From: Tagaea sp.
GTDB taxonomy: Bacteria; Pseudomonadota; Alphaproteobacteria; CACIAM-22H2
DNA: 64,000 nucleotides
Assembly: GCA_965279525.1 (NCBI GenBank)
Contig: CBDIIB010000004.1
Coordinates: 320,001 to 384,000, forward strand
Direction of reading: 5' to 3'
Positions 60,306 to 64,000 of this stretch are shown here, in pieces. The number at the start of each line of letters is the position of its first letter. Within the stretch, counting starts at the first letter, position 1. The notes under the pieces were generated by a model that worked only from the letters and a program-made list of their open reading frames with translations, had not been told where the DNA came from and did no database searches. A program made the translations under genes and the position numbers.

Positions 60306-61387
60306 CAAACCCCGAGCCGAACCGCCAGTTCGCCTGGAACCACCCGATCGCGTGGGTGACCATCGTCGGCCTTTTCGGCCTGTTCATCTACATGCTGAGC
60401 GGCGTGCTCCTGCCATTCGTTGTCGCGGCCGCGATCGCATACCTGATCGATCCGCTCGTCGACCGGATCGTGCGGATCGGCATTCCGCGTGTCTTTGCCG
60501 CCGCGATCGTGACGATCGCGTTCTTCGTCTCGGTGATCACGCTCCTGGTGCTTCTGGCACCTGTCCTCCAGCATCAGCTCGTCGGCCTCGGTGACAGGCT
60601 GGTCGTCGTTTCGCGCCAGCTCTTCGAACTCGCCAAGCCGTATCTGGACGAGATCTTCGCCCATGTCGGCGCCGTCGACGTCCAGCAGCTGAGCGGGGCA
60701 GGCGACACGGTGCGCACGGCTCTCGGATGGGCGGCACGCACGATCGGCAGCGTCCTTACCGGCGGCCTCGCAGTCGTCAACATCGTGGCGCTGGTCTTCA
60801 TCACGCCCGTCGTCGTCTTCTATCTGGTGCGCGACTGGGGGGTCGTCCAGTCAAAGATCGACAGCTGGCTGCCGCGCCGGCATGCGGACACGATCCGCGA
60901 ACTGCTGCACGAGATCGACGCCCGGCTCGCGGGCTTCCTGCGCGGGCAAGCGCTGGTCTGCCTCTTCCTGGCGGTGTTCTACGCTTCCGGCCTGACGCTG
61001 ACGGGCCTCAACTACGGGCTGCTCGTCGGCATCCTCACGGGCGTCCTGAGTTTCATCCCCTATGTCGGCGTCTTCGTCGGGATGGCGACGGGCATGTCGA
61101 TCGCTATTTTCCAATTCGCGTCCTGGTTCGATGTCGGGACGGTTCTGGCGGTGTTCCTGCTCGGCCAGTTCATCGAAGGAAGCTTCGTCACCCCGAAGCT
61201 GGTGGGCGACCGCACGGGGCTCCACCCGGTCTGGATGATGCTCTCGATCTTCGCCGGCGGCGCGCTGTTCGGTTTCGTCGGCGTGCTGATCGCGATCCCG
61301 GTGGCGGCAGCGCTCGGCGTGCTGTTCCGCTTCGCCATGAAGCGATACATGGAAAGCTCGCTCTATCTGGGGAGCGACCCGCCGTGA
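60302..61387 (+). CDS. AI-2E family transporter (PerM-like)
   Basis: AYLIDP, FIPYVG, PKLVG..GLHP and LIAIP motifs. Confidence 0.9.
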   Translation: MTNPEPNRQFAWNHPIAWVTIVGLFGLFIYMLSGVLLPFVVAAAIAYLIDPLVDRIVRIGIPRVFAAAIVTIAFFVSVITLLVLLAPVLQHQLVGLGDRLVVVSRQLFELAKPYLDEIFAHVGAVDVQQLSGAGDTVRTALGWAARTIGSVLTGGLAVVNIVALVFITPVVVFYLVRDWGVVQSKIDSWLPRRHADTIRELLHEIDARLAGFLRGQALVCLFLAVFYASGLTLTGLNYGLLVGILTGVLSFIPYVGVFVGMATGMSIAIFQFASWFDVGTVLAVFLLGQFIEGSFVTPKLVGDRTGLHPVWMMLSIFAGGALFGFVGVLIAIPVAAALGVLFRFAMKRYMESSLYLGSDPP

Positions 61388-62064
61388 GCGGCGGACAGCT
61401 GGCGCTGGAGTTTCCCCATCGGCCGGCGCTCGAACGCGAAGATTTCCTTGTGGCACCGGCGAACTCGGATGCGGTCGCGTGGATCGACTCCTGGCCGAAA
61501 TGGCCGGCTGCAGCGCTTGTGGTGTACGGGCCCGCCGGTAGCGGCAAGACGCATCTTGCCCAGACCTGGCGGCTGCGCGCGGGCGCTTCGGTGCTGGCGC
61601 CGGCGGATATCGAGACGGCATCGCTGCCGTCCCGTCTCGCAGCCTGTCCGGCCGTCGTGGTCGAGGATGTAGACCGCAATCCGCCCGACCCGCAGGCATG
61701 GTTCCACCTGCTGAACCTGCTGGCCGAACGCGGCCAATGGGCGCTTTTCACGGCACGCGAAGCGCCGGCGCGCTGGCAGATCGGGCTTGCCGATCTTGCC
61801 TCGCGGCTGCGGGCACTTCCGGCAGTCGGGATCGCACAGCCCGACGAGCAACTGGTCGAGGCGGTTCTCGTGAAGCAACTTGCCGATCGCCAGCTGCGCG
61901 TGCCTCCGGATACGGTACGCTACGTGGCGACAAGGCTCGAACGCTCGCTGGCGGCCGTCGGACGAATTGCGGCTGCCCTCGACACGGCCGCTCTGGCATC
62001 GAAACGGCCACTGACAATCCATCTCGCGCGCGACGTGCTGCGCGGCGAAGGGCTCGAAACCTGA
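61384..62064 (+). CDS. hdaA: DnaA regulatory inactivator HdaA
   Basis: N-terminal clamp-binding QLALEF, GPAGSGKTHL, DLASRL, RLERS. Confidence 0.9.
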   Translation: MSGGQLALEFPHRPALEREDFLVAPANSDAVAWIDSWPKWPAAALVVYGPAGSGKTHLAQTWRLRAGASVLAPADIETASLPSRLAACPAVVVEDVDRNPPDPQAWFHLLNLLAERGQWALFTAREAPARWQIGLADLASRLRALPAVGIAQPDEQLVEAVLVKQLADRQLRVPPDTVRYVATRLERSLAAVGRIAAALDTAALASKRPLTIHLARDVLRGEGLET

Positions 62065-62088
62065 AACCGAAAACTGGAGTTGCCGACA

Positions 62089-62868
62089 ATGGACATGGGA
62101 ATCAAGGGCCGCACGGCCATCGTCTGCGCCGCCTCGAAGGGGCTCGGCCGGGGTTGCGCCGAAGCGCTCGCGGCCGAGGGCGTGGACCTCGTCATCAACG
62201 CGCGCGGGGCCGACACGCTCGAAGCCGTCGCGGCCGATATCCGCACCCGCTTCGCGGTGAAGGTCACCACCGTCGCGTGCGACGTCACGACCGCGGAAGG
62301 TCGCGCCAAGCTGCTGGCCGCGTGCCCGGAGCCTGACATCCTGGTCAACAATGCCGGCGGTCCGCCGCCCGGCGATTTCCGCGACTGGGACGAGAAGGCA
62401 TGGCATGCCGCGCTCGAAGCCAACATGGTCACGCCGATCATGCTGATCAAGGCGACCATCGACAGGATGATCGCGCGCAAGTTCGGCCGCATCGTCAACA
62501 TCACGTCGGCCGCCGTGAAGAACCCGATCCCGTTCCTCGGCCTGTCCAACGGTGCCCGTACCGGACTGACGGGATTCGTCGCCGGCCTGTCGCGCCAGGT
62601 CGCCAAGCACAACGTGACGATCAACGGCCTGCTGCCCGGCCCGTTCGATACCGACCGCCTGCGCTCGACGATGGTTGCCGGCGCCAAGGCTGCCAACAAG
62701 CCGGTGGAGGAGATCACCGAGGCCCGGCGCAAGGCCAACCCGGCCGAGCGCTTCGGGACGGCGGAGGAGTTCGGCGCTGCTTGCGCGTTCTTGTGCAGCG
62801 CACACGCGGGCTACATCGTGGGGCAGAACATCGTGCTCGACGGGGGTGCATTCAACGGCACAATGTAG
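62089..62868 (+). CDS. SDR oxidoreductase
   Basis: ASKGLG, NNAGGPPPG and LSNGAR motifs. Confidence 0.9.
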   Translation: MDMGIKGRTAIVCAASKGLGRGCAEALAAEGVDLVINARGADTLEAVAADIRTRFAVKVTTVACDVTTAEGRAKLLAACPEPDILVNNAGGPPPGDFRDWDEKAWHAALEANMVTPIMLIKATIDRMIARKFGRIVNITSAAVKNPIPFLGLSNGARTGLTGFVAGLSRQVAKHNVTINGLLPGPFDTDRLRSTMVAGAKAANKPVEEITEARRKANPAERFGTAEEFGAACAFLCSAHAGYIVGQNIVLDGGAFNGTM

Positions 62869-62869
62869 G

Positions 62870-62896
62870 TCGATGTATTTTACGAAAAAACATCGA
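62870..62896. terminator. Imperfect hairpin right after the SDR stop
   Basis: TCGATGT...ACATCGA with inner TTTT/AAAA pairing. Confidence 0.35.
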
Positions 62897-63005
62897 TAAG
62901 CCATTATTATGAAAACTTAATATTAACCTGATTTGGCTGTCACTAAACGGCAACAGAACGTAGCTTGCGGCGCTGACGGCCACCTGTCTAACCTCAGCCC
63001 ATCCG

Positions 63006-63043
63006 CAGCCCGCCGCCCTTCAGAAACGAAGGGCGGCGGGCTG
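63006..63043. repeat. Perfect 16-bp GC-rich inverted repeat
   Basis: CAGCCCGCCGCCCTTC-AGAAAC-GAAGGGCGGCGGGCTG. Confidence 0.8.
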
Positions 63044-63075
63044 GCGGTCGCGACGGGATAGAGCGGATCGGCGGC

Positions 63076-64000
63076 ATGGACAGGCAGGACGACAAGGCGG
63101 AAATCGAGCTCAAGCTCGCCGTTCCGACCGATGCCTTGGCCAAGCTCGCGCGCGATCCGCGCCTGAAGGCCTTGGTGACCGGGGCCGGCACGCGCAAGCA
63201 TCTGCGCACGACGTATTTCGATACGCCCGACCGGCGGCTGCTGTCCGCCGAACTCGCCTTGCGCGTCCGCCGTGACGGCCAGCGACGCATCCAGACGCTG
63301 AAAACCGCGGGCCATCCCACGCTGGGACTTCTCGCACGCGGCGAGTGGGAGCGTGAAATCGTCGGGGAAAGCCCCGTCCTCGACGATGCCTGGCTTGCCG
63401 AGATCGGCGACAAGGACGCGCGCAAGCTGCTGGCGAAATCCAAGGTGCGGGCACGGCTGGCGCCGCTTTTCTCGACGGATTTCCGCCGCCGGTCCTGGCG
63501 CATCCGCCGCGCCGGCAGCGTTATCGAGCTGGCGATCGACAAGGGAACGATCGACAGCCCCGACGGGCAATCCCAGATCTCGGAAGTCGAACTTGAACTC
63601 AAGTCCGGCGATCCGGGCGAGCTTTACGGACTGGCGCGCGAGATCGTGGACATCGTCCCGGCCGTCGTCGAATCCCGCAGCAAGGCCGAGCGCGGCTATG
63701 CGATGTCGCTGCCGACGCGCGGTGCCGTGCGGGCGGTCTCGGTCGGCATCGACAAGGACGCGAGCGTCGCAGGCACGTTCCGCGAGATCGGCCGCGCGTG
63801 CCTCGCGCATGCGCGGGCCAACGAATCCCTCGTGCGAAGCAAGCCCTCGGTCGAGGGCGTACATCAGTTGCGCGTGGCGTTGCGCCGCATGCGCTCCGCG
63901 CTTGCCGCCTTTCGCGACGTTCTGCCCGAGCCGGAGCGCCGCCGGAAGACCGAGGAACTGCGCTGGATCGCGTCGAGTTGCGGTGCCGCACGTGACTGGG
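63076..64000 (+). CDS. CYTH + CHAD domain protein (3' truncated)
   Basis: Own translation MDRQDDKAEIELKL...YFDTPD...LRVR...QTLK...EVELELK...SKAERGY...EGVHQLRVALRR; absent from the ORF track because it has no stop in the window. Confidence 0.88.
   Translation, partial: MDRQDDKAEIELKLAVPTDALAKLARDPRLKALVTGAGTRKHLRTTYFDTPDRRLLSAELALRVRRDGQRRIQTLKTAGHPTLGLLARGEWEREIVGESPVLDDAWLAEIGDKDARKLLAKSKVRARLAPLFSTDFRRRSWRIRRAGSVIELAIDKGTIDSPDGQSQISEVELELKSGDPGELYGLAREIVDIVPAVVESRSKAERGYAMSLPTRGAVRAVSVGIDKDASVAGTFREIGRACLAHARANESLVRSKPSVEGVHQLRVALRRMRSALAAFRDVLPEPERRRKTEELRWIASSCGAARDW

Noticed and set aside
62905-62930. CtrA box in TTATGAAAACTTAATATTAAC
   Set aside because: Half-site spacing does not fit TTAA-N7-TTAA.

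Overview
High-GC alphaproteobacterial chromosome segment (Rhodospirillales-like gene order; the taxon is inferred). Positions 1-14054 are the right-hand part of a heavy-metal resistance island that abuts the 3' end of a tRNA-Gln(CTG) gene. The island holds three units: (1) a cop-type operon (TolC-family protein, two different multicopper oxidases, cupredoxin, CusF); (2) a MerR/YnfA unit with a divergent Cys-rich membrane ORF interrupted by TAG; (3) a CadR/ZntR-like regulator driving a P1B-2 ATPase operon that continues with an ICMT-like methyltransferase, DedA, LspA, DsbB, DsbA, PCuAC and SCO. Unit 3 is my best candidate for an under-described system: metal efflux coupled to envelope and cuproprotein repair. 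Both MerR-type promoters (19-bp spacer plus dyad) are visible. No integrase is in the window. Positions ~14.3-64 kb are mostly core genes: ppx, rlmE, guaB/guaA, bamB-der, purF-cvpA-radA, mlaFE, alr, dnaB, rplI-rpsR-rpsF, fabDG-acpP-fabF, mltG, yicC-gmk, rsmA-surA-lptGF, pepA-holC, ndk, purNM, hdaA and a CYTH/CHAD gene cut by the window edge. Notable core features are the absence of lptD and pdxA from their usual operon, a doubly frameshifted mlaE (probably sequencing error), and several readable cis-elements. Start codons were adjusted by eye. No database searches were run.
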